From Candidatus Neptunichlamydia sp. (GTDB taxonomy: Bacteria > Chlamydiota > Chlamydiia > Chlamydiales > Simkaniaceae), in the NCBI GenBank assembly GCA_965233865.1, contig OZ247587.1, positions 480,001 to 544,000 of the forward strand: a DNA stretch of 64,000 bases, given 5' to 3'. Each line of letters begins with the position of its first letter. Positions within the stretch are counted from its first letter, which is position 1. The translations under genes were made by a program, and so were the position numbers. Of this stretch, positions 52,471 to 62,205 are shown in pieces. The notes below the pieces were generated by a model. That model was not told the DNA's origin, ran no database searches, and saw nothing but the letters and a program-made list of their open reading frames with translations.

Positions 52471-53352
52471 GGTTGTGTTGAGAAATTTCCATAAATGGTG
52501 CAAGCTGACTTCCTGAAGAAGGAGATCTATATGCTATACCCGCATAAAATAAATGACCACGCCTGGTCGAAACTTTACGAATATCTGAGTAATTACCCCA
52601 AAATACACACAAATAACAAAGAGAAAACTCGTTGCTTTGTAGAGGCTGTATTTTGGATTGCCAAGAGCGGAGCACAATGGCGTTTGCTACCAAAGGAATA
52701 TGGAGACTGGAATGCCGTCTATCATCGTTTTGCAGACTGGGCTGAACATGGTGTGTGGTACAAGATGCTCTACTATTTTTCAAATGATCCAGACATGGAA
52801 TATATTATGATCGACAGTACAGTCCTCCGCGCTCATGCCTGTGCCGCAGGAGCCAATAAAAAAAAACCGGAGGTCAAAGCGAGCAGGCCTTAGGTCGATC
52901 CTGTGGAGGTTTTACGACTAAAATCCATAGTATCTGTGATGCATTAGGTAATCCACTTGATTTTATTTTAACAGGTGGTCAAGCAGCTGATTGTCATCAA
53001 GCTATTCCTTTGCTCAAAGGTAGGGATTACAAAGGCTACGACAGCAATGCAATCATTGATCATGTAAAGAGCATTGGAGCTGTTGCCATCATTCCCTCAA
53101 AGAAAAATCGCATTGATCATGTAAAGAGCATCGGAGCTGTTGCCATCATTCCCTCAAAGAAAAATCGCATTGATCATCGAGAGCATGATAAAGACATATA
53201 TAAAGAACGACACAAAATCGAATGTTTATTTGGCTTCCTCAAACATTATAGACGATTGTTTTCTCGGTTCGAGAAGTTAGCATCAAGGTTCAAGGCATTC
53301 CTTCATTTTATCGCGGCTCTCCAATGGTTAAAGTAAATTTCTCAACACAACC
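52471..53352 (+). mobile_element. IS5-family element with perfect 18-bp IRs and TA target duplication
   Basis: GGTTGTGTTGAGAAATTT at both ends; TA at 52469-70 and 53353-54; A9 slip site at 52858-52866; orfB damaged. Confidence 0.96.
53054..53177 (+). repeat. 57-bp tandem duplication inside the IS
   Basis: Units begin at 53054 and 53111 (one mismatch), bounded by CATTGATCAT; encodes IDHVKSIGAVAIIPSKKNR twice. Confidence 0.95.
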
Positions 53353-53693
53353 TACGACCTCCCCATTCTTGCTGAAAATATGGAAGACGGTGAGGAGAAC
53401 TTTACGACCTTTTTTGTTATTGGTAAAGCCCCTTCCCTAAAAGGGAAAGGGAAGTATGGAACCTGCTTTCTACTCTTTAGTGAAGAGCTAGCAACAATTA
53501 CCAAACAGATTGCAAACCAATGTCACAACACGAAAGTTCCTCTCATCAAATTAAAAAATCTCGTTTTACAAGAAGGGCACACTCCTCTATATTTTATTGA
53601 AGTAGAAGAACACCTCCAAGAAAAAGAGGTTCTACGATTTTTCAAAAGCTTAAGCGAAAATTTTTTGATCAAACACTTGGGATCTTACCCTCT

Positions 53694-54770
53694 ATGAATA
53701 TTCATTTTTCCTATGATCTTCTAGAAGATGTAAATTTACTCAAAATTCTAGAAAAACATTCTGGATGTTTTGCTCTTCTTACCGACGAAAAAGTGGCGTC
53801 TCTCTATGCAAAACCCTTTCTTGCCTTTATGAGCCAGCATGAGCTTTCTTGCGACTTAATCACCTTCCCAGGAGGAGAAAAGAATAAAAACAGACGGACA
53901 AAGGAGCAGATTGAAGATGCTCTTCTTGCAAAAAAGTTTGCTCGAGACACCTTTCTCATTGTGATGGGAGGGGGAGTTGTCACCGATATTGGAGGGTTTG
54001 TTGCAGCTACCTATTGCCGTGGAATCCCCTATCTTTCGATTCCCACCACTTTGCTTGGAATGGTTGACGCAAGCATTGGAGGAAAAACGGGAGTCAATGT
54101 GAAACAGGGAAAAAACCTCGTTGGAGCAATTTACTCCCCAGAAGCGATTTTTATCGACCTCTCTATGCTTAGCACTCTTCCGGAAAGCGAAATGCTTAGT
54201 GGAAGCGCTGAAGTCGTCAAATACGGCTTAATTGCCGACAAATCAATCATTGCGACAGTGAAGGAGAACCTCGACAGTTGGAAACAACGTGATCTAGACC
54301 TTTTGAAGAAGGTCATTAAAGAATGCGCCACGATTAAATCAAAAGTAGCTGGGCGCGATCTAAGAGAATCCGGAGAAAGACGCATTCTCAACTTTGGTCA
54401 TACCATTGGCCATGCTATTGAAACACTTGAAGAGTATTCTCTCTCCCATGGAGAAGCGATTGCCATAGGAATGATCATAGAATCGCTTATTACCCATAAA
54501 ATGGGGCACCTTAAAGAGTCAGATTTTGATGACATTTATGAGCTTTTTAAGATTATGGGCTTTTCTTTAAAACTCTCCAATCGCGTTACCATCTCCGGGA
54601 TATTAGAAGCAATGAAGCACGATAAGAAAAGAGAACTAGGAGTCCCTCGCTTGATCGTTCTCCGTGGAATAGGTCATGTCGAATCCTACAAAGGAGCCTA
54701 CTGCACTGCAATTGATCAAGAACTCCTCGATGAAGCCCTCGGTTGGATGGTTGCGGAGTTTAGAAAATGA
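53694..54770 (+). CDS. aroB: 3-dehydroquinate synthase
   Basis: GGGVVTD, PTTLLGMVDASIGGKTG, KN.VG, LNFGHTIGHA, HGEAIA. Confidence 0.96.
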   Translation: MNIHFSYDLLEDVNLLKILEKHSGCFALLTDEKVASLYAKPFLAFMSQHELSCDLITFPGGEKNKNRRTKEQIEDALLAKKFARDTFLIVMGGGVVTDIGGFVAATYCRGIPYLSIPTTLLGMVDASIGGKTGVNVKQGKNLVGAIYSPEAIFIDLSMLSTLPESEMLSGSAEVVKYGLIADKSIIATVKENLDSWKQRDLDLLKKVIKECATIKSKVAGRDLRESGERRILNFGHTIGHAIETLEEYSLSHGEAIAIGMIIESLITHKMGHLKESDFDDIYELFKIMGFSLKLSNRVTISGILEAMKHDKKRELGVPRLIVLRGIGHVESYKGAYCTAIDQELLDEALGWMVAEFRK

Positions 54771-56035
54771 ACTATAACGTCAAACCAGGCAGCCTCAGCG
54801 GAACCATTGAAATCCCCCCCTCGAAATCTCATACCCACCGCGCCCTTCTTTTTGCCCTTCTGGCAAACGGAACCTCAAAAATCCATAAATATCTAGACTC
54901 CCCTGATAGCGCAGCGATGCTCAAAGCCATAAAGGCTCTTGGAGCTACAATTATAAAATCAGAAGATACTCTTGAAATCACAGGGGTAGGACCTCATCTT
55001 AAGCCCTCAGACGATGTAATCAATGCAGGGAACTCAGGAATTGTCCTCCGCTTTATTGGCGCACTATCCGCCCTTATTCCAGCTTATACAGTGATTACTG
55101 GAGACCACTCAATCCGCACACGTCGTCCCGTCAATCCTCTCCTCGAAGCTCTTGAACAACTCGGGGTCTTCGCTAAAAGTATGAGAGGCGATGGATATGC
55201 TCCGATCATTATTGCAGGGCCGCTCGGTGGAGGATCGTGCACCTTGGATGGGCAGGATTCTCAACCCATCTCGGCGCTCCTTTTTGCGGCGTCCTTTGCC
55301 TCTAAAAAAACTGAAATTCATGTCACAAACCCTGGTGAAAAACCTTGGATTGATCTTACCCTTTCATGGCTTGATTTCCTAGAACTTCCTTATGAAAATC
55401 ATGAGTATATCCGTTATGCCATTCCAGGTGGAGCATCCTACTTAGGATTCGACTATACCGTTCCTGGAGATTTTAGCTCTCTCGCCTTTCCTCTTGCTGC
55501 AGCTCTCGTAACAGGAAGCGAAATGACCATCGAAAATGTCGATACAACCGATGTGCAGGGAGATAAAAAGCTCCTCGATGCTCTGACAAAAATGGGGGCA
55601 AATATCACTTCAGAAGGGAGTACCCTCCATGTCAAAAAAGGAGCGCCCTTGAAAGGATGCACCCTTGATATCAACGATTACATCGATACCATTACCATCT
55701 TGGCTGTGATTGGATGTTTTGCGGAAGGTGAAACAGTCCTTAACAACGCCGCGATTGCGCGAAAAAAAGAGTGCGATCGTATTCACGCAATTGCTACCGA
55801 GCTGAAAAAGATGGGAGCTGATATAGAAGAAAAAGAGGATGGTCTTGTCATTCGCCCTTCAAAACTGAAAGGGGCAATTGTTGATACCTACCACGATCAC
55901 CGGATGGCCATGTCTCTCACGGTTGCCGCCCTTGGCGCAAAAGGAAACTCGCTCATCCGGGATACTCAGTGCGTTGCAAAGACCTATCCTAACTTTAAAG
56001 AGCATATGACTCGACTTGGAGCAAAACTAACATGA
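54767..56035 (+). CDS. aroA: EPSP synthase
   Basis: PPSKSHTHR, GNSG, PGDFSS, KECDRI, DHRMAM. Confidence 0.96.
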   Translation: MNYNVKPGSLSGTIEIPPSKSHTHRALLFALLANGTSKIHKYLDSPDSAAMLKAIKALGATIIKSEDTLEITGVGPHLKPSDDVINAGNSGIVLRFIGALSALIPAYTVITGDHSIRTRRPVNPLLEALEQLGVFAKSMRGDGYAPIIIAGPLGGGSCTLDGQDSQPISALLFAASFASKKTEIHVTNPGEKPWIDLTLSWLDFLELPYENHEYIRYAIPGGASYLGFDYTVPGDFSSLAFPLAAALVTGSEMTIENVDTTDVQGDKKLLDALTKMGANITSEGSTLHVKKGAPLKGCTLDINDYIDTITILAVIGCFAEGETVLNNAAIARKKECDRIHAIATELKKMGADIEEKEDGLVIRPSKLKGAIVDTYHDHRMAMSLTVAALGAKGNSLIRDTQCVAKTYPNFKEHMTRLGAKLT

Positions 56036-56562
56036 ACATTGTCCTATTTGGCATCAAAGGGTGCGGAAAAACCACCTTTGGAAGAATTCTTGCAAAAGAA
56101 AGAGGGTGCGCTTTCATTGATACAGATCGCCTCATTGAAGAAGTCTATCAGATTAACAGGCAGAAAAAACTCACCTGCCGCCAGATTTATGAAGAAGCCG
56201 GAGCTGTAACCTTCCGTGCTCTCGAGTATGAAGTCGTTCAATCTCTTCAAGATGTGCAAAATTCTGTGATTGCTGTTGGTGGAGGCGCAATGCTTCTCTA
56301 TGAAAACATTGAGGCCCTTCGGAAAAATAGCCATCTCATTTACCTCTACTTCGAGAGAGAAAAGCTTAAAAAGCGGGTCCTTTCAGAAGATCCTCTCCCC
56401 ACCTTTATCAACCCCGATGATCCCGAATCATCCTTTGATAAAATGTATGACGAGCGAGAAGATTTTTATCAAAAAATTAGCGCAGAAAAAATAGATGTTA
56501 CCGAGATGAAAAACAGCGCCGTGGTGAAGGAAATTTTCGAGGTGACAAAAAATGGCAAGTAA
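56032..56562 (+). CDS. aroK: Shikimate kinase
   Basis: G..GCGKTT, DTD, FRALE, GGGA. Confidence 0.92.
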   Translation: MNIVLFGIKGCGKTTFGRILAKERGCAFIDTDRLIEEVYQINRQKKLTCRQIYEEAGAVTFRALEYEVVQSLQDVQNSVIAVGGGAMLLYENIEALRKNSHLIYLYFEREKLKKRVLSEDPLPTFINPDDPESSFDKMYDEREDFYQKISAEKIDVTEMKNSAVVKEIFEVTKNGK

Positions 56563-57628
56563 TAGCTTTGGACAGCTCTTTCGTGTCACCACATGGGGAG
56601 AATCCCATGGGAAAGGAATCGGCGCCATTATCGATGGATGTCCTGCTGGAATTCCTATAACCGATGATGAAATCAATGAAGAGCTTGAAAGGCGGGCAGG
56701 TGGCAAAACTCCCTATACCACTCCCCGCTCAGAAAAAGACAAAGCAGAGATCTTCTCTGGAGTTTTTGAAGGAAAAACAACCGGAGCCCCCATCTCCATC
56801 ATTATCTTTAATAAAGACGTTGACTCCACAAAATACGAACCGATTAAAGCTCTGATGCGCCCAGGCCATGCAAACTTCACCTACCTAGAAAAATATGGAA
56901 TCTTCGACTACCGCGGAGGAGGACGCTCCTCTGCTCGAGAAACAGCGTGCCGCGTCGCCGCAGGAACAATCGCCAAAAAACTCCTAGCCCTCTCAAATAT
57001 CCATATTATCGCTTACATCCACTCCATCGGAGGCATCTCCATCAACTCAGTCAACTTTGAAGCAATCACCTCAAGCCCTATTTTTTGTCCCGATCAAGAA
57101 GCTGGCAAGCAAATAATGGAAGCGATCTTAAAAGCAAAAGAAGAAAATGACTCGCTCGGCGGCATTATCGAATGCACAACAACCGGACTCCCCATTGGTC
57201 TTGGCGATCCTGTATATGAAAAACTCGAAGCCAATCTCGCAAAAGGAATGCTCAGTATTCCCGCTACTAAAGGATTTGAAATTGGAGAAGGATTTAACGC
57301 CGCGAACCTGAAAGGATCCGAGCATAACGATGGTTTTACAACCGATACCTCAGGAAGCATCGTTCCTGCCACCAACCATGCTGGCGGCACCCTTGGAGGA
57401 ATCTCAACGGGACTCCCCCTTACATTTCGTGTCGCCTTCAAACCTACCTCCAGTATCCAAAAGTCTCAGAAGACCGTCGACACCTCAGGTAAAGCCCAAA
57501 CTTTCCAACTCCCTAATGGATCACGTCACGACCCTTGCGTAACGATCCGTGCCGTCCCTATCGTTGAAGCAATGGCTGCCTGCACCTGCGCCGACAGCCT
57601 CCTTTGCTCCCTATCCTCCAAATTTTAG
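56552..57628 (+). CDS. aroC: Chorismate synthase
   Basis: TWGESHG, RPGHA, GGGRSSARET, GGTLGGIS, FKPTSS, RHDPC. Confidence 0.97.
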   Translation: MASNSFGQLFRVTTWGESHGKGIGAIIDGCPAGIPITDDEINEELERRAGGKTPYTTPRSEKDKAEIFSGVFEGKTTGAPISIIIFNKDVDSTKYEPIKALMRPGHANFTYLEKYGIFDYRGGGRSSARETACRVAAGTIAKKLLALSNIHIIAYIHSIGGISINSVNFEAITSSPIFCPDQEAGKQIMEAILKAKEENDSLGGIIECTTTGLPIGLGDPVYEKLEANLAKGMLSIPATKGFEIGEGFNAANLKGSEHNDGFTTDTSGSIVPATNHAGGTLGGISTGLPLTFRVAFKPTSSIQKSQKTVDTSGKAQTFQLPNGSRHDPCVTIRAVPIVEAMAACTCADSLLCSLSSKF

Positions 57629-59176
57629 AGGCTTTCCTTCTACAGTTCGATCTTTATTCTCATATACGAATTTTACTTTGAGTGGTAAGCCCCTATTGTG
57701 GCTATTTTTTTGCAAAAAGTTTCTTATACCGTTAGTGAGCTTACTCGCGCTGGCCATACTAACCACCCCTAAATTTAGAGTTCTTAAATCATCTGCAAAT
57801 AGAGCCTTAGTCACTAAATCTAGAGGATTATCTTTAAAATCTTCCTTCAATTGATCACAATTCGTAACATTTAACTCGTGGAGTGGCAGGGTATGCATTG
57901 CTTCAAAGTTGCTTAGATTGAATATGTTATTTCCAGAAAAATCCGCGTAACGCAAACTATGGAAATTTTGTTGAATTGAACGAATAATATAGTTTAGCGA
58001 TCCTGCACCGATATCAAGATCCTTCAGGTAGGAAAAGTTTTGAATAAAGCAGCTAGCGGGAGAAATAGGGTGACACTTCTTAACAGAACCTTGTTTTACT
58101 TCGCAAAACAATTTCTCAATAGCATCTATGCCATCTTTTTTTGCCTTATTAATTGCCTTATTAATTGCCTCTAAATGAAGTTGGGCATTATTAGTTTCCT
58201 TGAAAACAACAATTGTCTTTTCAAGAAAACTCTTACTAAATCCCTCCTGAATATTACTCTCTCTTAAATCAACAGCTTTGAGATTGGGGAATTTTTGTGC
58301 GATTTCTTCAATATTTTCAGCCTCAATATCTCTGACCTTCCCCCTAATAGATAAGAGATGAATTGAGCCGACTACCTTAGACTTCTTCTTATCCTTCTCC
58401 GAATTCGATATTAGATTTAAAATACCCTTAATATCAGAGCACCCCTCGAGGACTAAAGCATCGATCTTATCTGTTTTGCTAAAGATTTTGGGAAGAATCT
58501 CAGTACAAGAAGAATCCTTAAGATGCACGATAAACGTTTCTAAAGGATAAAGCAAGGCATCTAAGTTCTTATCATCCAGCTTAAACCCCTCTTCATCGAA
58601 TCCTTCCTGTTTAAGATCGGACAACTTCAAAGAAACGGGGGAGCCTTCTAAAGCCTTAGATGATTCCTTTACGCAATAGTAAGCAAATTTCTCCACACCA
58701 TCTAAAATCTCCATGGGCGTTTTTGTCTGCGAAGCACCTATGTCAACAGGTGAGGTCTCTTGCACAGTACTTGTGCTCTGGGAGTCTTCTAGTTTTCTTT
58801 CATAGATGTCAGGCCTAAACAATGGAACCAACGCTATGTCTACAAGGAGAGTTGCAAAAAAAGCTATGGCAAGCTTGTATATTGTTGTTGCTGAATCGTT
58901 AATATTCCCATGCCCTTTTTTGAAGGTGCATCTTATTATGAGTTCACTACAAAGCGTTGTTGTTTCCTGTAGAATGGCTGTGGCAACAGCTACAGGCATT
59001 AGGAAAGCCTCTACCGATGAAGTAACTCTTTTATAAAAGTATTCGGCTCCGCTGGAGTCCTCAAAACTACGAGTATTTTTTGATATCCAGTTAACTAAAT
59101 GCGACGCGCAGTTATCCTTTTCTTGCAAAAGATATAATTGGCAATTTCTGGCCTTTTCAATAAACTCAATAGTCAT
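57611..59176 (-). CDS. Hypothetical protein with N-terminal hydrophobic hairpin and degenerate leucine-rich repeats
   Basis: LVLEGCSDI, LKAVDLRES, LRYADFSGNN, LHELNVTNCDQL, LRTLNL. Confidence 0.6.
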   Translation of the reverse strand: MTIEFIEKARNCQLYLLQEKDNCASHLVNWISKNTRSFEDSSGAEYFYKRVTSSVEAFLMPVAVATAILQETTTLCSELIIRCTFKKGHGNINDSATTIYKLAIAFFATLLVDIALVPLFRPDIYERKLEDSQSTSTVQETSPVDIGASQTKTPMEILDGVEKFAYYCVKESSKALEGSPVSLKLSDLKQEGFDEEGFKLDDKNLDALLYPLETFIVHLKDSSCTEILPKIFSKTDKIDALVLEGCSDIKGILNLISNSEKDKKKSKVVGSIHLLSIRGKVRDIEAENIEEIAQKFPNLKAVDLRESNIQEGFSKSFLEKTIVVFKETNNAQLHLEAINKAINKAKKDGIDAIEKLFCEVKQGSVKKCHPISPASCFIQNFSYLKDLDIGAGSLNYIIRSIQQNFHSLRYADFSGNNIFNLSNFEAMHTLPLHELNVTNCDQLKEDFKDNPLDLVTKALFADDLRTLNLGVVSMASASKLTNGIRNFLQKNSHNRGLPLKVKFVYENKDRTVEGKPLKFGG

Positions 59177-59318
59177 AATTACTCCTTTATTTTTTAAAGA
59201 TAGATTTTAGGACAGAATTGCACATAAAGTAAACGAAATTGTTTTCCTTGCGAAAAAAACTATTGTAGAGACATTATGTTCTTCTCATTTTAGATAAAAA
59301 ACAATTAAGAGGTATAAA

Positions 59319-59705
59319 ATGTCATCAATATTTTGTTGCTGCTTTTCCAGAAACGGAAATGAGAGTATTACAGAAGCAGACCACCCCCGAAAAAGCAACA
59401 ACAACACAAACGCTGTTGCACAAAACATATTTTCACAGGGTACGAATTATGGAACCATGAGTAAATCAGTACAATTTAATGACGAGCCCCCTATAAGAAG
59501 CATCCTTAAATCTAAAACAGACCAAACTACTCCGCGTAGCAAGAGTATAGACTCTCAAGTGAGCAGAGCGGAAAACGATTGCTCTCTATCTCCTTCTTTT
59601 ACTGAAAGAGAGAGCAACGCCAGTACTGCGAGAAGCAGAATGGAAAACGATTGCTCTCCAGCTCCTTCTTTTGGTTCTCCAGAGCGTTCTTGTGATTCTC
59701 CTTAA
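59319..59705 (+). CDS. Ser-rich low-complexity protein with N-terminal CCC
   Basis: RBS GAGGT; MSSIFCCCFSR; internal repeat SRxENDCSxxPSF x2 with 72-bp spacing. Confidence 0.7.
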   Translation: MSSIFCCCFSRNGNESITEADHPRKSNNNTNAVAQNIFSQGTNYGTMSKSVQFNDEPPIRSILKSKTDQTTPRSKSIDSQVSRAENDCSLSPSFTERESNASTARSRMENDCSPAPSFGSPERSCDSP

Positions 59706-59711
59706 GGGCAC

Positions 59712-60440
59712 TTATAGATAGATTGGGGAAGCCCTATTCCAGCGAATCGTCCAAAGGGTGCACCCGGCATAGACGCCAGGAAGCCAGAAGATCCATCCAA
59801 TAATTGTTGTGGTGAGGATCATGCTGAGCATTCCGGAGATAAGGCCAGCTGTGAGAATAGGAAGCGCTTTTGATTTGAGAGCTTGTATCCGACGGGATAC
59901 AGGCTCTCCTTGTATTGTGAGGGAAAGGTCGCAGGCGTCAATGATCGCAATGTGTCCCATTCCTACTTGAGCGAGGAACATGGCAAGGGGGCCAAAAAAG
60001 AAGAGGGAAACAAGTGTTGCGGCTGGCCAAAGAAGGCGCCAGCCTAGCGTGTGAAACATCACTTGGATGCTTGAGGTGACGGCTTGAAGTGCTCTTTCTC
60101 TTTTGATAGGTACGCGCTCATTATGCAAAATCTTTCCAATCATATTTTCAAAAGCAAAGTTCAAAATCACGGGAAAGACGGAGACCCATAGGGCCACAAG
60201 TGCAAGCGATGCATAGCCCAGGGATTTAAAAACTCCCCAGGTGTAGCTAAGCCAGCCAACGGAAGGATCAGGCCAGCTGATGTATGCTGCAAGAAAAAAG
60301 GCTGCAAGAAGGACAAAGAAAGAGATTAAAGCGGCAAGCAGAGGGGCAAGCCACAGGTAAGGGCGAGAAATAAAGTATCCGAATCCTACGATTGTGCAGT
60401 TCGATGCTGTAACGTCTTTTGCCATAGAAAAACCTACCAC
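59712..60440 (-). CDS. Integral membrane protein, EI24/CysZ-like
   Basis: Multiple TM segments with a CysZ-like layout; weak motif support. Confidence 0.5.
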   Translation of the reverse strand: MVGFSMAKDVTASNCTIVGFGYFISRPYLWLAPLLAALISFFVLLAAFFLAAYISWPDPSVGWLSYTWGVFKSLGYASLALVALWVSVFPVILNFAFENMIGKILHNERVPIKRERALQAVTSSIQVMFHTLGWRLLWPAATLVSLFFFGPLAMFLAQVGMGHIAIIDACDLSLTIQGEPVSRRIQALKSKALPILTAGLISGMLSMILTTTIIGWIFWLPGVYAGCTLWTIRWNRASPIYL

Positions 60441-60443
60441 GTA

Positions 60444-61376
60444 TTATTCGAGTTTGAAATGGGCTTTTAGGGTTGCACCCACCTCTTGAATAGCGAGGCG
60501 CGCATCATCAAGGAGGCCTGCCATTTGAAAAAAACCATGGACCATCCCTTTATATCTTTTTAGTTTTACGGGAACACCTTTTTCTTTGAGTTTTTGGGCG
60601 TAAGACTCCCCTTCATCGCGCATGGGATCGTATTCAGCGGTCAGGATTAGGGCTGGGGGCAAGGATGAAAAGTCAGGAGAGTAAAGGGGCGATATTCGGG
60701 GATTTGTGAGGTCCTGATCACTATCAAGGTACTGTTTGCGGTACCACTCGATCGATTCTTTTTCAAGAAGGTATCCGGATCCATATTCTAGATGTGAGAG
60801 GCTGCTGCATGTTAAGTCTGTTTGAGGGTATATAAGAACTTGGAAGGAAATGTTTGGGTGGGGCTCGTCGCGTGCTTCTTGTGTTAAGACTGCAGCGAGG
60901 TTTCCTCCAGCATCTTCTCCACCAATTGCGATTCTTCCATCGGAGGAAATTTCTTTAGGATGGAAACTGATCCAATGGAGAACACCTTTTGCGGCATTTA
61001 ATGCTTTTGGAAAGGGGTTTTCAGGAGAAAGGGGGTAGTTCATTGAGGCAATAAGACAGCCACTGGCATCTGCGAGGGCTCGGCAGGTGGGATCATGCGC
61101 ATCAATATCCCCTTTGACAAATCCTCCAGGGTGGAAATAAAGAAGAACAGGGAGAAGGGTGCTTTCTTTGGGGTAGTATAGACGAACAAGTAGATTTCCT
61201 TCTTCATGATGTATGATGTGGTTCATGACTTTTGCAAGAGGTTTAGGTTCACCCGCAAGCGGACGCATTTTCATGGGCCCCTTTCGGATTGCGGTTAGAG
61301 GTGTCCGCGAAAGTGGGGGGTTATTCGCCGCTTTTGTCACAGTGATAATTTCTTTAAGAGTCGGATGCAATGTCAT
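60444..61376 (-). CDS. HSL-family alpha/beta hydrolase with non-canonical nucleophile elbow
   Basis: YFHPGGF, YPLSPENPFP, GEDAGGNL, EYDPMRDEG, HGF. Confidence 0.85.
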   Translation of the reverse strand: MTLHPTLKEIITVTKAANNPPLSRTPLTAIRKGPMKMRPLAGEPKPLAKVMNHIIHHEEGNLLVRLYYPKESTLLPVLLYFHPGGFVKGDIDAHDPTCRALADASGCLIASMNYPLSPENPFPKALNAAKGVLHWISFHPKEISSDGRIAIGGEDAGGNLAAVLTQEARDEPHPNISFQVLIYPQTDLTCSSLSHLEYGSGYLLEKESIEWYRKQYLDSDQDLTNPRISPLYSPDFSSLPPALILTAEYDPMRDEGESYAQKLKEKGVPVKLKRYKGMVHGFFQMAGLLDDARLAIQEVGATLKAHFKLE

Positions 61377-61537
61377 GAACCTCATTATGAAGTTAAAGCA
61401 CGTATATAGACCACTTTTTTTTCTAATGCTTTTTGCGTATGAATTGATCTGGATGTTCACAACGCGAGTCTTTTTTCTTTCTTAAAAATTTATTTATAGA
61501 TTAGACTTTCAATCAAAATCAATCACTTGATGGAGTT

Positions 61538-62161
61538 ATGATGAGAAAAATCTTAAGTACTATTCCTTTGTTTTTCTTGGTAGGAACACAGCTTGCTGCG
61601 TGGCAACCTCTACCTCCAGGAGCAGAACCTCCTGCCCCTATTGTCCTATTAAATACAGGAGAACATCTTCTCTGTGGAAAAAGTCGAGATGGAAAAATAG
61701 AATTGCAGGATGGAACACAATTTAAGGCTCTATCTATTGAGGCTATGAAGGTTTATGAAGAGTGGGATTACCACGATCATTTATCGATAACTAGAAACAC
61801 TATGCCTATGGGTGGATCTGAATACTATATAACAAACTTGGATAAAGGCGGCGAGTTTGTTCATGCAAACTTCCTCTCTGAACCCTATAAGGGTAGCCCC
61901 TATACTCAGTTTATCAACCATATTGATCCTTTTGATGGAGAGGTTTCTGTTTTTAACAATAATGGAAATGAATTCTGCTGGCAGATTGATGAAAAAGATC
62001 TCCTTCTTTTAGAAAAATGGGAGAAGAATGATAGAGTTCTCATAGGAAAAAATGACCTGTGGGTCGAGAGGCTGCGTTCTAACTGCGAGTTTGTGATGGT
62101 AAATGTCGACAAAAATTACCTTCCACATCTCCGAGTGTCACCAATTTCTAATAATCATTGA
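61538..62161 (+). CDS. Secreted hypothetical protein with two internal beta-rich repeats
   Basis: Signal peptide; W..HD.L.I..N...ITNLDK repeated as W.KND.V.I..N...MVNVDK. Confidence 0.6.
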   Translation: MMRKILSTIPLFFLVGTQLAAWQPLPPGAEPPAPIVLLNTGEHLLCGKSRDGKIELQDGTQFKALSIEAMKVYEEWDYHDHLSITRNTMPMGGSEYYITNLDKGGEFVHANFLSEPYKGSPYTQFINHIDPFDGEVSVFNNNGNEFCWQIDEKDLLLLEKWEKNDRVLIGKNDLWVERLRSNCEFVMVNVDKNYLPHLRVSPISNNH

Positions 62162-62205
62162 CCTGAAGGGTCCCTCATTTTATCTTAAGGGTATGAGGCC
62201 TGTTT

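Larger units (their letters stand above)
51998..53697 (+). pseudogene. pheA: Prephenate dehydratase interrupted by IS5
   Basis: LGPEGTFSH, VPMENT, AQPHALMQC, SNA; removing the IS and one TA restores QQYYDLPILAENMED in frame through to LGSYP. Confidence 0.92.

Noticed and set aside
58141..58170. 12-bp tandem repeat (AINK x2)
   Set aside because: Short in-frame slippage with no evident significance
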